Shown: positions 1 to 13,459 of the stretch, piece after piece
Layout of the letters: each line of letters opens with the position of its first letter
Position numbering within the stretch: position 1 is the first letter of the stretch
Assembly (NCBI RefSeq): GCF_000315625.1
Contig: NW_005434571.1
Coordinates: 14,027-78,026, forward strand
Source of the DNA: Guillardia theta CCMP2712
Taxonomy: Eukaryota; Protista; Cryptophyta
Direction of reading: 5' to 3'
DNA length: 64,000 bases
Notes under the pieces: model-generated
Databases searched by the model: none
Told to the model about the DNA's origin: nothing
Seen by the model: only the letters and a program-made list of their open reading frames with translations
Position numbers and translations under genes: made by a program

Positions 1-33
1 GGAGGAGGGGGGAAGAGAAAGGCGCGGACGAAG

Positions 34-640
34 TCATAGCTGAAGGATGTAAGAGGAGCCAACGAACGCGAACGAGAGCATGTACCTTCCTTGGAAACCA
101 TACAGGATAGCAAGGTTGCTGAGGATGAGCAAGTAGATGTTGAGGACGATTGCTAACAATACCAGCCACTTTCCGAGACTGTTCGCCAAGGCGATCATGA
201 GATCTCCATCACACTCTCCATCATCACCACAAAACAAGGGTGCAGCCATTGGCAACAACAGCTAACATACAACACAACACCGCCATCAACAATACTGTCG
301 TCAACAACACTATCAGCATCCGATCAAACCTGCCACCACCAACATGCTCTTGACAGGCATGCATACCCATCTTCACAACGTCTCTGCAGGCTGCTCCCCT
401 TGAAGGCCTTGGAGACAGAGATCTGAAAGTCAATGAGGAAGAGGAGGAGGAACAGATAAGGAGGTCGGTTACCTCAAAAGTCATGAAAGCGCAGTTAAAG
501 AGAGCCCAGGCCTGGAGGAGGAGGAGGAGGCCAAGCATGAGCAGGAGGAGTAGAAGAAAGCATCCCACCTCAATGAATGATTCCATCGCACCCTTGTAGC
601 ATTTGTACTCTCCAATCCTCTCATTGCAGAAGAACACGTG
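34..640 (-). CDS. Partial multi-exon gene for a hydrophobic/membrane protein of unknown function (5' part probably in the gap)
   Basis: Exon-like segments FFCNERIGEYKCYKGAMESFIEVGCFLLLLLLMLGLL...TFE|gtaacc and GDLMIALANSLGKWLVLLAIVLNIYLLILSNLAILYG with transmembrane character; no family recognised. Confidence 0.35.
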
Positions 641-672
641 GACCTTGCTGCAACAGAAGTCAACCTACCAGC

Positions 673-786
673 TCTAACGCATACAGCTGCTTGCAAGATA
701 TCTAACGCATACAGCTGCTTGCAAGATATCTAACGCATACAGCTGCTTGCAAGATATCTAACGCATACAGCTGCTTGCAACATATC
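673..786. repeat. 28-bp tandem repeat, ~4 copies
   Basis: Unit tctaacgcatacagctgcttgcaagata at 673, 701, 729 and 757. Confidence 0.95.
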
Positions 787-892
787 AAGGTTGGTAGGAG
801 TGATAACAGTGACGATAGAGGTATTGATACAAACATAGAACACACGATACCAATGATCTTATGAGCGATGACACAAATGTTTTCAGACAGCC

Positions 893-1861
893 NNNNNNNN
901 NNNNNNNNNNNNNNNNNNNNNNNNNNNNNNNNNNNNNNNNNNNNNNNNNNNNNNNNNNNNNNNNNNNNNNNNNNNNNNNNNNNNNNNNNNNNNNNNNNNN
1001 NNNNNNNNNNNNNNNNNNNNNNNNNNNNNNNNNNNNNNNNNNNNNNNNNNNNNNNNNNNNNNNNNNNNNNNNNNNNNNNNNNNNNNNNNNNNNNNNNNNN
1101 NNNNNNNNNNNNNNNNNNNNNNNNNNNNNNNNNNNNNNNNNNNNNNNNNNNNNNNNNNNNNNNNNNNNNNNNNNNNNNNNNNNNNNNNNNNNNNNNNNNN
1201 NNNNNNNNNNNNNNNNNNNNNNNNNNNNNNNNNNNNNNNNNNNNNNNNNNNNNNNNNNNNNNNNNNNNNNNNNNNNNNNNNNNNNNNNNNNNNNNNNNNN
1301 NNNNNNNNNNNNNNNNNNNNNNNNNNNNNNNNNNNNNNNNNNNNNNNNNNNNNNNNNNNNNNNNNNNNNNNNNNNNNNNNNNNNNNNNNNNNNNNNNNNN
1401 NNNNNNNNNNNNNNNNNNNNNNNNNNNNNNNNNNNNNNNNNNNNNNNNNNNNNNNNNNNNNNNNNNNNNNNNNNNNNNNNNNNNNNNNNNNNNNNNNNNN
1501 NNNNNNNNNNNNNNNNNNNNNNNNNNNNNNNNNNNNNNNNNNNNNNNNNNNNNNNNNNNNNNNNNNNNNNNNNNNNNNNNNNNNNNNNNNNNNNNNNNNN
1601 NNNNNNNNNNNNNNNNNNNNNNNNNNNNNNNNNNNNNNNNNNNNNNNNNNNNNNNNNNNNNNNNNNNNNNNNNNNNNNNNNNNNNNNNNNNNNNNNNNNN
1701 NNNNNNNNNNNNNNNNNNNNNNNNNNNNNNNNNNNNNNNNNNNNNNNNNNNNNNNNNNNNNNNNNNNNNNNNNNNNNNNNNNNNNNNNNNNNNNNNNNNN
1801 NNNNNNNNNNNNNNNNNNNNNNNNNNNNNNNNNNNNNNNNNNNNNNNNNNNNNNNNNNNNN
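893..1861. other. Assembly gap (N run)
   Basis: Continuous Ns. Confidence 1.
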
Positions 1862-3808
1862 TGAAATCCGGTTCGGAGGGCGACCGCAAACGATGATCTG
1901 TTTGGATTCTCAATTCACGACATTGTTACAATCAAGGGGTTCAAGATACCTCCACCGTCTCGACGACTGCTGCAGAAATAGCCTTGTCTGTTCTAAGTCA
2001 AAAACCAACCCCATCCTCCTCCTCTTCCTCCTCCTTCTCCTCCCTCCTCCCTCCTCCCTCCTGCCCTCTCGTCTATCCCTCAATCTCCTCCCTCCCTGCC
2101 TTCCTCCTCTTCTTCCCTCCTCTCACCGTCTTCGAACACGCATATCCTCCTCGAGTCGCCCAGAAGGAAGGTCTCCTTGGTGTTGCTGGGGTTCACGAGA
2201 GAGTATCCTCCTCGCAGGGTCTGGCGCAGAGCAAGGCCGGGGACACGAGGAGCTTGCAAGACTGTTGCGCACTGCGCACAGCTTGCCAGGAGGAGGAGGG
2301 GGGTAGCACGAAGCATCGCACGCATGGTTAAGTTTTGAAAGGCCTGGTATTAGGTCATTCACGCAGCCATGGGAGGAGACAACAAACAGAAGATGACAGG
2401 AATGTGTTTGCTGCGCTAGTGCATAACGCTCCCATGACTCTGTATGTAATCATAATTCTTGCAACTTGGCTAGAGTTTCAAAGATTCTCCTCATCTATCC
2501 TGATGATGCCTCGCACCTCAATGCCAATCTCTCTCCTCATCCGATCCAAAGATTGGTTGAACCTACATCTCTTGACCTTGCTTCAATCCTTTCACCTATT
2601 TCATCTTGCAAAAACAAGAAATTAAAGTTCAATCTATCTACACACTATCAGCATCGTTCTTCTCCCGTACCTTCCATCTCTGCTCTGCTCTGCTTTGCTC
2701 TCCCCTCCCCTCCCCTCCCCTCTCCTCTCCTCTCCTCTCCTCTCCTCTCCTCTCCTCTCCTCTCCTCCTTTCGTTGTGTCCTCCCCACAATCGTCAAGAG
2801 CATTCTTCTTATGTCCACCCACCCCACCTCCACATGTCCTGTAAAATCCACCCTACCCCTCAATATATAATTTTTGAATACTTCCGTGGAGGAGTTGTAC
2901 CCCCTACTTGCATTGCTTCACCGCAATAATAATGACTATAGCTGTTTTATCTAATTGATCCATTGGGAAAATTCAAGGGTGATGGTACTAGGCTCAACTA
3001 TTAATTTCTGGTACCCCCTTAATTTAAAATGTCTGTACCCCCACCCCTCTAGTTTATCCCAACACTCCTGCTGTCTCCTACGCCGGTTGTGGGAATGGGA
3101 ACCACCCTACCCCTAGAACACCAATTTGTCAGGTCTAATGGACCCCCCATAAATCACTGTCACCCCCATTTTGTATAAACAAGTACCCACCCAGTTGAAT
3201 CCGACCCCTACCCCCACAAGTTGACCCATCTTGCGACCCACCATTGACACCCCCAGGATCCAGGAATGTCGGCGGCGGACGACGCTGTATGAGGAGGAGG
3301 AGGGTACGATGACAGAGATTGAGGGAAGGAGAGGGAGAGATCAGGGAGAGCCGGGAGCAAGGTATCGGGTGCAATCTGCATATCTTCTAGGAAGTACTCG
3401 CAATGGAATGTGATGTAAGACGATCGAAATCAAAGGAGGAAGAAGATTTCACGAGCATCGTAGCAGCTCGAGCGGAGCCATAGGATGCATGCATTATGAG
3501 GGCTTCAGGGATTTACCAAATCATTGTCTGCACATGACTGACAAGGTTTGTCTCACTGAACTGAAGAGTTCATTCTTGCATGTCACATATTTCTCACACC
3601 GACAGTCTTGCTCGCTTTGTTCCAATCTCAACATATCTGGTGTCATATCCTCCAATCCACAACATCTCACCCTTTCGTTGTGTGCTTTGTGCTCAAATCT
3701 CACTTGCTACTGCAAGCGTCAGAAATTTTTAGTGTAGTTCCCAGAGACAAACAATAAGAAATTCATTTCAAGTGTAAGACCAGCCAACATCAAGCCCTTC
3801 AGTAGTTC

Positions 3809-5548
3809 TTACTCTCCCTTAATGTTGAAGACAGCCTGATAAAACACAACTCAAAACGCAAGAAGCTTCCATGGCCTGATATCCTATCCCTTCTTCCCTC
3901 CCCTCTCTTCCCTTTTTTCCCCAACCCCCACAACATTTCCTCCCCCCTCCTCTCCTTGCAGATCCCCATCCCTTTTCCCTTCCAGATTCTTACCTGGTCG
4001 CCGAGCTCCTGTCCTTGGAGGCCATTCTCGGCTACATCCTTGAAGAACTCTCTGCAGCTAACATCACCCCCTCTCTCAATGCAACGTTGCCTTCACCTGA
4101 GGGTGGTGGTGCCGTAGGATGGGCCAACCATGTCCTCCGTGGCGTAGTAGCGGCCGATGCGAGCGAATTCAGCCTTGTCCTTGAAGCTGCAAGGATGCAG
4201 AGTAAGGATATGAGATGAGATGAGATGAGATGAGATGAGATGAGATGAGATGAGATGAGATGAGATGAGATGAAAAGAGTGGACGAGAGAAGCGAAGAGG
4301 AGACATGGGAGGAAGGGAGATGGGAAGGAGGAGAGACAAAGAGAGGATGAAGAGAAATCGAGAGGAGGCAAGGAGCAAAGTAACAGGAGAAGGGGGTAGG
4401 TATGGAGGACGAGAAAGAAACCAACAAGAAAAGAAACAACGAACAATTGCATCGAAAGGGAACAGACAGAAGCACATGGAACAGAAGGTGTCGCAAGCCG
4501 AAGGAGGAGGATAAAGTCGTTCAAACCTCGGGAACAAGAAGGCAATGCCGTCAAGCAGGCCGATGATGGCGTCGAACACCGCAACAGGCACTCTGATATA
4601 CTTGGGCTCAAGACCGAAGAGTTCGAACAGGATCTTTGACTGCTCCAGGGGGGTGAGAGGCTTTCCAGGGCCTCCAACGGGGAGCACTTTGTTCCATCGG
4701 GACTTGTCAGTGATGCAGTCCGCCATGACGATGGCAAGGTCAGGCTCGCTAATGGCGTTGGCCTTGCAAACTTCTCCGTCCCCGAACATGACGTAGGGGC
4801 TGCCGTTCTTGACCAAGTTCACTTGCCCGGCAAGACTCTTGAAGAAGGCGGTGGGTCGGACGATAGAGTAGGACACGTCCTGTTGCTCCATGATATCTCC
4901 CTCCAGCTTCAGCTTCGCCCGCTGGAACTCCAACAGAGGCTTCTGCACACAGATGGCAGACAGGAGGACGTAGTGCGACCCTCCCTGCTCCCGGAGCACG
5001 TCGAGGCAGTTCTTGCTCGCCTGGTAGTCGATGTCCCACGAGTCCTGCAGCCCTCCTGTCCTGCTCGCAAGGCAGGAGACGACAACGTCGACTTTGTCCT
5101 TGAACGCAACGCTTCTCAAAGACTCCAAGTCGGTCACGTCTCCGAAACGGACATCAGCGCCCTTGAAGTCCTTGACCACGTCGTCCATAGACTTCTTCCC
5201 TCCCACCCCGGATTTCTCGCGGGAGAAGGCGACTACCTTGTAACCCCTTGAGATCAGCTCCTTGGTCACGTATCTCCCGATGTACCCAGTGCACCCAGCC
5301 ACGAGCACCCGCACATCTTCCGGCTTGGCTGTGGACAAGTCCACCTTCATCGATAGGTCCCTTGAGGACTGGGAAAATCTCACAGCCGAGGTGCGAGGAG
5401 ATCTGGCCGAGTATGCCGGCTGGAAGGAGCGGGAGAAGGACTTTGAGACACTAGGAGACGTTGGGGATCGGAGAAGAGGGGAGGAGAGTTGAAAGCCATG
5501 CACAAGAGCCACAGCGGCGGTCAGCACGACCAATCTCAAGGTGGACAT
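3809..5548 (-). CDS. DVR: Divinyl chlorophyllide a 8-vinyl reductase (NADPH-type), plastid-targeted; exons ~5548-4527, 4186-4097, 4051-3994, 3835-3809
   Basis: Rossmann GCTGYIG, SCLASRTGG, LLSAICVQKPLLEFQRAKLKLE, YSIVRPTAFFKSL, AEFARIGRYYA, spliced C-terminus GQELGDQAVF; N-terminal signal peptide ending VHG-F followed by a Ser/Arg-rich transit peptide; GT-AG boundaries keep frame. Confidence 0.93.
4210..4273. repeat. (ATGAG)n microsatellite in DVR intron 1
   Basis: About 12 perfect pentamer copies. Confidence 0.95.
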
Positions 5549-6109
5549 GGTTCCTCGATTGCTGCGTTAACCGCAAGACCTCCTGTAAGGAAACAACGTC
5601 AGCAAAGAGCAACAGAAGAAGATTTCAAAAAAAAAAACTCAATGAACGACTACCAGCAGCAAGAAATTCAAGCGAGCTGCGAGCGCATTTCAAGGCAGCA
5701 CAAAAGTGTTGGATAGGTCAATATGATGTTGATTTCTTCACATCACAGCAAGATTGTGCTCAAGAAGGTAAGGAAATCAGAGGAAGGTTAAAAAGACCGT
5801 GTGACGCTGCTACGACCCACCGCCCTCATATAAAGGAACACGAAGGGATCTTTCATCGTTCACAAGGATCGTTCAGAAAATCTTCGGATCACCCAACAAG
5901 AAGCAACCACACATTCATCGAGAGAACACGAGAAGAAGTCTACAGCTCAACGTGCATGTGCGGGCATGGCAGCCAGCGCGATACACGCTGCGAAACCATG
6001 GCGAGGCCGCTATACATGTAACAACCCCGCGTCGGAGGGCTCTGCTTTTCCTGGTAGTTTATGTGCTGCTGTCTTTCCGACTCCGGCGAGGCGAGCTTGA
6101 CCTAACTTA

Positions 6110-6830
6110 CTCGGCAAGTCAAGTTGGGCCCGGCCGTCCGAGGCGCGGCGCGGCAGGCGAGTCGGAGTGACCGTCTCCGAGTCGGTCACGGCTAGTGCAG
6201 TGACCGCACGCGGGGAAGGCGGCCGGCGGCCGGGTGGCCGCCCGGCCCGGCGGCGCGGCCGGACCGTCCATACCGTACCGTGCCAGGCAGGTACCGTGGG
6301 CCGGCCGGCCCCGTACCGCCGTACCGTACGGTAGTACAGTACGGTACCGTACGGGCGTACTACGGCGTGACGCACGGTACGGTCACCCCGAGTGACTCAG
6401 CGGGCGGAGGTGGCCCCAGTGGCCCCCGGCACATGGGCCGGCAGTGAGAGTCACTGAGTCAGCCCGGCCCGCGCGCCGTATGAATTTGAACCGCCGGGCC
6501 GGCCGCATTGCCAAGTTCAAGGTTCAACCGTTCAACGGTTGCTGAGTCACGGTGGCGAACTTCCGAAGTTCCGAGTTCCGCCGGATGATTCGGTGACGAG
6601 GAGTCACGCCGCCGCCGGGCCGGGCCACCGTGGCACTGCCAGGCTGTGCAACTTGGCAATCCGATCCGACTGATCCGGCGGCGGACGGGCCGCCGGGAAC
6701 TCAGCGGAACGGACTCCAACCCTGAGTGGACTCAGAGCCGTCGCAGGATCTGAGCCAGGAGCCTGTCCCACACTTAATTGAGAGTCAAGGGTCCGGCCAC
6801 TGACCCCTGACTGGGGTCGGAGCCCTGTCT
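6110..6830. repeat. GC-rich palindrome-word island 1
   Basis: Dense ccgg/ggcc/gtacggtac/tgagtca/aagttcaa words; no credible ORF. Confidence 0.75.
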
Positions 6831-7247
6831 GCTTGACTGCCTTCAACTGTCACCGGATGAGCCTTCACTGACATTGCCAGGAATGAGTGAACTCGGAAGA
6901 ATGATTGCATGATTCTGACTACTGACAGTCTGACCCACAGTGTCATGCGGCGGCTATCCTGAGGCTCTGGCCGCGGGTACTGCAAAGTCAGTCAATGACA
7001 GGAGTCTGATGCACATCAAGCTAAGTTCGTCTGCGGTCACCGACGCGGCGGCATGCAGCCGCTCGGGGTACCGCGGGTTGCTGCACCGTTCACTGAACTC
7101 GCATCGGAGAGCACTGCATTGAAACTGATCACTTATGCTATGATTGCATATTTGTTCAGAAACTTTCAACAAGCATGTTGGGCTATCGTTTTGTTGTGTT
7201 TATTTACAATCTAGTATATGAGAGGATCCAGTATGTACATCGCGAAC

Positions 7248-7751
7248 TCAGAAAAAATGAAAGCCAAAAAGTCGCGTGCAAAGGCTGTCAAAGTTTCCGT
7301 TACCGTCTATCGCGCTCTTCAGCGGGCTCCTATGGCTGAACTCAAGAGCATCGAAGCTCCCTTGGCCAACGAAGTTTCCAGCACGGTTGATCGACTTGGA
7401 GTAAAGGGAGGGATCACAAAGGTACGTAGTCGACTCCATTGAGCATGTCCGTGATTCACAGGGCAGGGAACCTTCACTGCAGCTGTACATGCCAGACTGG
7501 ATGTTTTTCTTCCACTCGTTGAAGCTGTCGCAGCTTGAGGTAGGAGAGAATACCTCGATGGGAGCACACATTGGCGAGGAAGGAGCAGAGATCGAAACTG
7601 TAATCACCGATGGGCAAGAGCCCCTCCTCCTGCGCATGCATTCCAAGGGGGAGGGGATTCGATGGGAGCTGTGAGAAGAGATCAAGTCTCCCCCTCTTGG
7701 TATGATATGAGAAGTAGAATCGTTTGAAAAGCTGAAGCTAGACCTCCTCAT
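7248..7751 (-). CDS. Intronless 167-aa protein with tandem SI-x3-GNF motifs (paralog of 36465..36935)
   Basis: ATG-started ORF; RRRRGSCPSVITV and SINRAGNFVGQGSF...AIDGNGNF align with the 36465 ORF. Confidence 0.7.
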   Translation of the reverse strand: MRRSSFSFSNDSTSHIIPRGGDLISSHSSHRIPSPLECMRRRRGSCPSVITVSISAPSSPMCAPIEVFSPTSSCDSFNEWKKNIQSGMYSCSEGSLPCESRTCSMESTTYLCDPSLYSKSINRAGNFVGQGSFDALEFSHRSPLKSAIDGNGNFDSLCTRLFGFHFF

Positions 7752-8862
7752 TTGGGGAACTCGGGATGATGAAGGTGGGTAGAGAGGTGGAAGAGAGAAG
7801 GTTTAGGAGCGGGGGCAGCAGAACAGAAGCAACAGGAATGCACAAGGACTGCCTTGAGAGACGAGAAGAAGTCGGAGGAGCACAGGAACGTGGGGACTGT
7901 CGTGGAAAGGTCGAAGGTTGCGATTCCTCGAGCGTCTCCTTGCAGTTATAGGGGACCAATTGACTCCTTTGACCTCTGGTCCGTGGGCCAGGCGTGCTTG
8001 TGGCTACCATTTGCTTCCACCACAATTGTGTACTGAGAATTATGCTCAATAAGCATCTTTTGGTACAATTATTGATATTGTCTAATTATTTCATTGAACC
8101 ACCCATCCCTTCTCGGTTTGAGAGGCTCATGAAGGGAGGGGTCTTTTGATGGGGAAAACGTGGGGTGAAGGGGATATGGGGGTGGTTTACTCCAAAGTCT
8201 GCTCCGCTACTTTTAAGATGGAATGTTTTAAAAGAGCTCTAGAACTATATTTGTGGAGCAAAAAGGCATGTAAAACAGTTTTATGTGTCTTTTTTTTTGT
8301 CGCTCCAGTCGAAACCGCAGGCGGATTTGAAATGTAGAGTTTTAATATACTAAAAGAATATTATGAGTAAAAATGTGTTTTTTTTGGAATGGCGTCACGG
8401 GGCACTCAAAGGTCTGACGAGGGGGGTAGTAGTCCGTGGATATAATATGAAGGAGGGGGTGGGGCGAACAGGAAAGAGATGAACACCACTGGGCAAACCG
8501 TACAAACGTACCAGTGAATGATGAAATAGGGGGTGGGTAGTACCAAGGAAGGGTACCAAGGTGAAACGACGAGGTCAGAAAAGGCGGAGACACCCAAAAG
8601 GAACCCAAGAGGTTTAAAGGTGGGTGCGAGAATCAGTAGAAATGGGGGGTGGGGTGGTGAGTGGACATGCGTTCAAGAGGTTGGCTCTTTGGGGGGATCG
8701 TACAGAAACAAAAACTCATTCTAAATTTTCTCATACAATGTTTTAGTATACTTGTGGTTATATAATAAGAGTTTCCAAGAGACGCTGCCCATGGTCTGGA
8801 GTAAACGGAGGAGTCAGAAAGGACAACGTTTCGCGCCACCACCGGGCGTCGCTATTGCCCTG

Positions 8863-9545
8863 GTACTGAATTTTAACTCAACCTTGAGTAAAATAGGGCC
8901 CTTCAAGTGACTGACAGTCTGATAAACATTATTGCCATCGGAGTCTTTTTACTCAACTTTGAAAAATGAGTCCGTCGGATCCGAGGCGCGGTCAAATTGA
9001 AACGAAGTTGAAACCCGCGTCGGACCGGCGCGGCTCCCGGACTCGGACGGCGCCGGGGTCCGACTCAGCCTTGACGGCCGCCGGGCCCGCAGCGCCGCCG
9101 GGCCCCCGGGGCCGCGGGCCCGGGCTGTCGAGTACGCCGTCACCGGGTCGCCAGACTCAGAGACCGGGTCCGGGAGTCCTGCCCTCCGAGTCACTCACTA
9201 CGGCCGATGACGGCGTGAAAGTTTGAGTTGCAAGTCCGGTCACGAGTCCCCGGGCCCAGAGCTGACACGGATCCGATGTTCAACCGGGCAAGTTCCGACG
9301 CCCGGCCGCCGTTCGGAAGGGCCCGGGGCCCGGGGCGCCGCCTTCACTCAGCCAAATTCCGAGCGGACTCCGGCTCACTGGCCCGTACTGATTTTTAACT
9401 TCACTTTGAGTAAAGGCCCGACACACGATCGGACGGTCACGGTGTTTCAGGCCGATGCCCGGCCGGGCCCAGCGGCCCGGCCCGGCCGGGTCGCAGTTCC
9501 GTCAGTGAGTGCCGCATTGCCGCCGGGCGCCCGGGCCGGCGGAGT
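8863..9545. repeat. GC-rich island 2 with two copies of the 31-bp edge motif (8863-8893, 9385-9415)
   Basis: gtactgaattttaactcaaccttgagtaaaa and gtactgatttttaacttcactttgagtaaag plus a GC palindromic core. Confidence 0.75.
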
Positions 9546-9973
9546 TTGCAATTTTAGCCCCCATGATGACAACCGTTGTAATTTTCAATTACAATGACAT
9601 GAAAAGAAGTTATTTCAAAAATAACCCACCATATATTCCCCACACCCTCAAATGCGAACCCCTCAAATTGCCTTATATTACACTGCTACTACCCGGTCAT
9701 TTGGGCCAGTCAAACCTGGCTACCCCTGATACAATGTGGGTACCTACCCTGTAGTTCATGGCTGTTGAGGAGATTGAGAGGAATGCTATAGATACTACCA
9801 TGTGTGTAATTTCCTATTGATCCAATTAGAAAAGTTTTTTTCTTTATATGCTTCCAAGAAAATTATTCTGGAGGACCCCACCCTCTTGCGAATACAAGAA
9901 TCGACTGGATGGCCGCTTCTCCTGTATTCCCTGACGTCTGCGTGATCAGCAACTTTAGCTCCTCCTCCCGCGT

Positions 9974-9975
<2 letters not shown>

Positions 9976-10037
<62 letters not shown>
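9976..10037. repeat. (CCTGCT)n microsatellite
   Basis: About 10 hexamer copies; a similar array lies at ~32455-32527. Confidence 0.9.
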
Positions 10038-10038
<1 letters not shown>

Positions 10039-10910
10039 ACTCCTTCTCCTTCTCCTTCTCCTGATACACCTCATCTTCTTAACCCTCCTCCTCCTCCTCC
10101 TCCTCCTCTTCCCTTCTCCTCTTTTAGCTGATCGATTCACTTCTCACCTTGCCAACGTCTTCTTTTGGAACTCTGGTTTCTCGTTCTCCTATCTTCTTTC
10201 TGGTGTTGTATTTCACTCGATTATCTCCTTTCCTTTCTTCCTGGCGTCCGGAATATTATCCTTCAATATTTCTAAAGACTTTTCTTCACCAGTACCTATC
10301 GGCTAGAACAAGCAGCTCGTTCCTCTTCCTCAGCATAAGAATCTATCTTCAATTGACCCCTGACATAGAAAACGACAGCAGCACTCAAAAGTAATCCCAT
10401 CTAGTACGATGGAGCGTGAGCATATCACAGATCTCATCTCAATTACGGAGAGTGGATGGTCTTTTGTGCAGAACGTCAGGAAGAGATGGACAGTGAGGAA
10501 ACCGCCGTCATTTAGATACATGTGCTGTTCGAACCGATCCTGCGCACGCTACGAGGATCGATGCAGGAGCAATCTGAGACGAGCGGTCAAGAAATGCAAG
10601 AACTCGCCTTATAGCCAACTCGGAACTGATGTCATCTACCAACCTGCTCTGTTGGGTCTGATACTTGTAAATAGCATTTGGCTGGGTATAGCTTGTTTCA
10701 TGTCTTCGTGTACACGGGAGTGATTGAAACCAGTTATCAGTAATCTCTACAATCTATCTACATGATTCTTGTTCTTCTTGCTATTCTTCACCCTCCCTAT
10801 TTCTCATTCAGCGGTTTGCTGTTCGTCCCGATAGTTATGCTCATCCTCGTCGTCTTGAATCGTCTTGAATATCGTTATACCATTCACTTTCATTCCCATT
10901 CAACTTTCAT

Positions 10911-12064
10911 TCACATCCAATTGTTTTTCGCAAGCCGCTCAAGCTTCAGTTCCACCAGACAGATCGATCGAACTCCCTCCGTCACCTGCAGCTGTATGAG
11001 ACAAGAAGCGGTCTCATCGTTTGTCCATCACCTCAGATACTGCGTGGTCAACCTTGGGAGTGCTGTAGATAACGGCGTCCCCGCTCTCAAGATTGATGTC
11101 TGTTGGATCGCTTGTGGGATGGAACTGAATGATGCCCATCAGCTCATTGCAGGCGAGCGAGCAGGCATGCATGAGAGCGGACCTGAAGAACTCCTCCTTC
11201 GAAGTCTTTACCGGGCTCCGAAATCATCATGATGGTGTTGAAGTGGCTAGTAGGATCATCACGGTGCCATGGGCAGGAGGTCCCCTTGCGGTAGGTGACG
11301 TAGCGGATGTCTTGAGCAAAGTTGACGTTGTCAAGTTCTTCCTGGCACAGCCCGATCAGTCTGCCGAAGCTGTTCTTCTGTGCGATGATGCGGGAGAAGA
11401 CGCCTGGGAATTGCTTCTTGAAAGGGTCAGGGCACCCGTAGAGCTGGCACACCGTGGGTTCCGATTCACTTGATGGATGATTTGTGTTGCGTGCAGGTTG
11501 TGGAAGTTTGCAAACCAAACAGATTGGATTACTTTCAGGAAACAGCCTGCAGTAGAGGGAGGTTTGCAATGAATTCGCTTACCTGTAGTTCTCGTTGTTG
11601 TTGAGGTCCTCCCCGTCAAAACTTGTTCTCTTGATCTCGGGAACTGTCCTTTCGACAAACCATTTTTTCAATTGCTGCACCTCATTGGCTGAGAGGAAGT
11701 TCTTCACAACTGCGTATGCAAGAGGAACGTGATCTTGGGCGTCCTTGTAGCAGGTGTTTGGCTGAATGATGTCGTTACTGACATACGCAGATCCTGACCG
11801 GCTCTCCTTGTCAGCTTCTCCTTTAAAGGTGTAATTCCCCGCTAGCTTGAACGACATCACAAAGTTGCTGCCCTGAAAACATAAAGGTCAGGTCTTTTGT
11901 ATCTTTTGATCATTATTTGGGGCTGTTTTCAAATGTTTACCCCATTCGAGACGATATCCTATCTAGCGACAAGAATATACATGTGCGAATGACATGAAAC
12001 AAGCATATACGTGTGCGCATGACATGAAAAACAGCCAACAAGCACAAACATCATACTTTGCCAT
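10911..12064 (-). CDS. 2OG-Fe(II) oxygenase (prolyl-4-hydroxylase-like), multi-exon; 5' end uncertain
   Basis: Spliced sequence contains VVKNFLSANEV, WHRD (HxD), DFEGGVLQF, GDAVIY, DHAVSEVTEGVRSICLV (distal His and 2OG-binding Arg). Confidence 0.8.
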
Positions 12065-12869
12065 ATCTTTGCAGTATTCTCAACTCTCGCTAGCTAGGAA
12101 ACTTGAAATGAGAATCATCATAATTTGATCAGAACAACATCCTTGACACAAATAGCGTGCTGCTGATTGTGGAAAGGATTGATCATGGTAAATGATTGAA
12201 GATTCTGTGAAGCATATCATCATCATCATCATCATCATTCATATTGGTACTAAACTTGTCTTCTTTCCCGTTTTACTCCCCGCCACCTTTTTGTCCTCTT
12301 TAATCCCTCTGTCATCGTAATCCTCCAAACCATATCCGACACTATCAATCGTCGGCGCGGTCTACATAGTAATAATCATCATAACCATCCCCATCCATAT
12401 CAGTTCCGATGTCAGCCTCATTCTTGTGCGTTTGATCCAAATCATTATCTTCAATGATGGTATTTATACCATCATTTGCCATCATCCAATACACAAAGCT
12501 ATCATTTGCCACAGCTCCTATCATTATTGTTGTTTTCCCCATCACTTTCATCGCAGGTTTCATCTCATCACTGTCATCCACCATATCATTGTTATACAAC
12601 ACGCATCTGTTACAAATGACAAGACAATATTCGACCGATTCTCTGCATCGTCATCGCCATCGCCAGCATCCATTCCTTTTCCAACCCCCTTCCTCCATTT
12701 CTCCCTCTCTCTCTCCCTCCCTTCCTCCCTCCCTCCCTCCTTTCTTCCCTTTATTTATTGTCTTTCTGACACCTATCATCGTATTAACAGAAATCTTGTT
12801 ATAATTGTCATCCCTATCACCTCCATCATCAACATCTCCGTCGTCTTGATCGAAATCGGCATTATCGTC

Positions 12870-13400
12870 CTGATGACCATGATCATCATCATCATCATCA
12901 AAATCATCATCATCGTCAACAACAACAGCAGCAACAACAACAACAACATCAACAACAACATCATGATCATGATCATTATCATCATCATCGTCATCAACAT
13001 CATCACCATCATCATCATGAACAACAAAATCAACACCACATCAACACCTACTACACCAACAATTAAAACTACATCATCAACATCAACATCAACATCAACA
13101 TCAACATCAACATCAACATCAACATCAACATCAGCAACTTCACCTATAGCTACTACATCAACTACCACAACAATCACATCTTTCACTTCAACTTCAACTA
13201 CTACTACATCAACTACAACTACCGCTACAACTGCATTTACAACTACAACTACATTTACAACTACAACTACAACTACATTTACAACTACAACTACAACTAC
13301 AACTGCATTTACAACCACAACCACAACCACAACTGCATTGACAACTACTACTGCATTTACAACTACAACTACAACTACAACTGCATTTACAACTGCATCT
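12870..13400. repeat. Compound microsatellite (ATC)n/(AAC)n/(CATCAA)n/(ACTACA)n
   Basis: Directly visible low-complexity tract. Confidence 0.9.
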
Positions 13401-13459
13401 ACGTAGTATCACAGCAACAGCACATTCGCCATGACCGACATGTAAACATGTTTACGCAT

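Noticed and set aside
673-786. 28-bp repeats as a CRISPR array
   Set aside because: Head-to-tail copies with no spacers, no cas genes, eukaryotic context
702-2306. Long ORFs of 342-481 aa
   Set aside because: Artefacts of translating through the N gap
1984-3740. Possible small plus-strand gene pieces (also ~10280-10720)
   Set aside because: Some exon-like signals, but I could not assemble a consistent frame or recognise a domain
4169-4526. C-terminal SHLIS-repeat tail of the DVR ORF
   Set aside because: Intron read-through; conserved DVR sequence resumes at 4186
12426-13412. Thr/Ile/Val-rich ORFs (mucin-like)
   Set aside because: Translations of compound microsatellites, open on both strands
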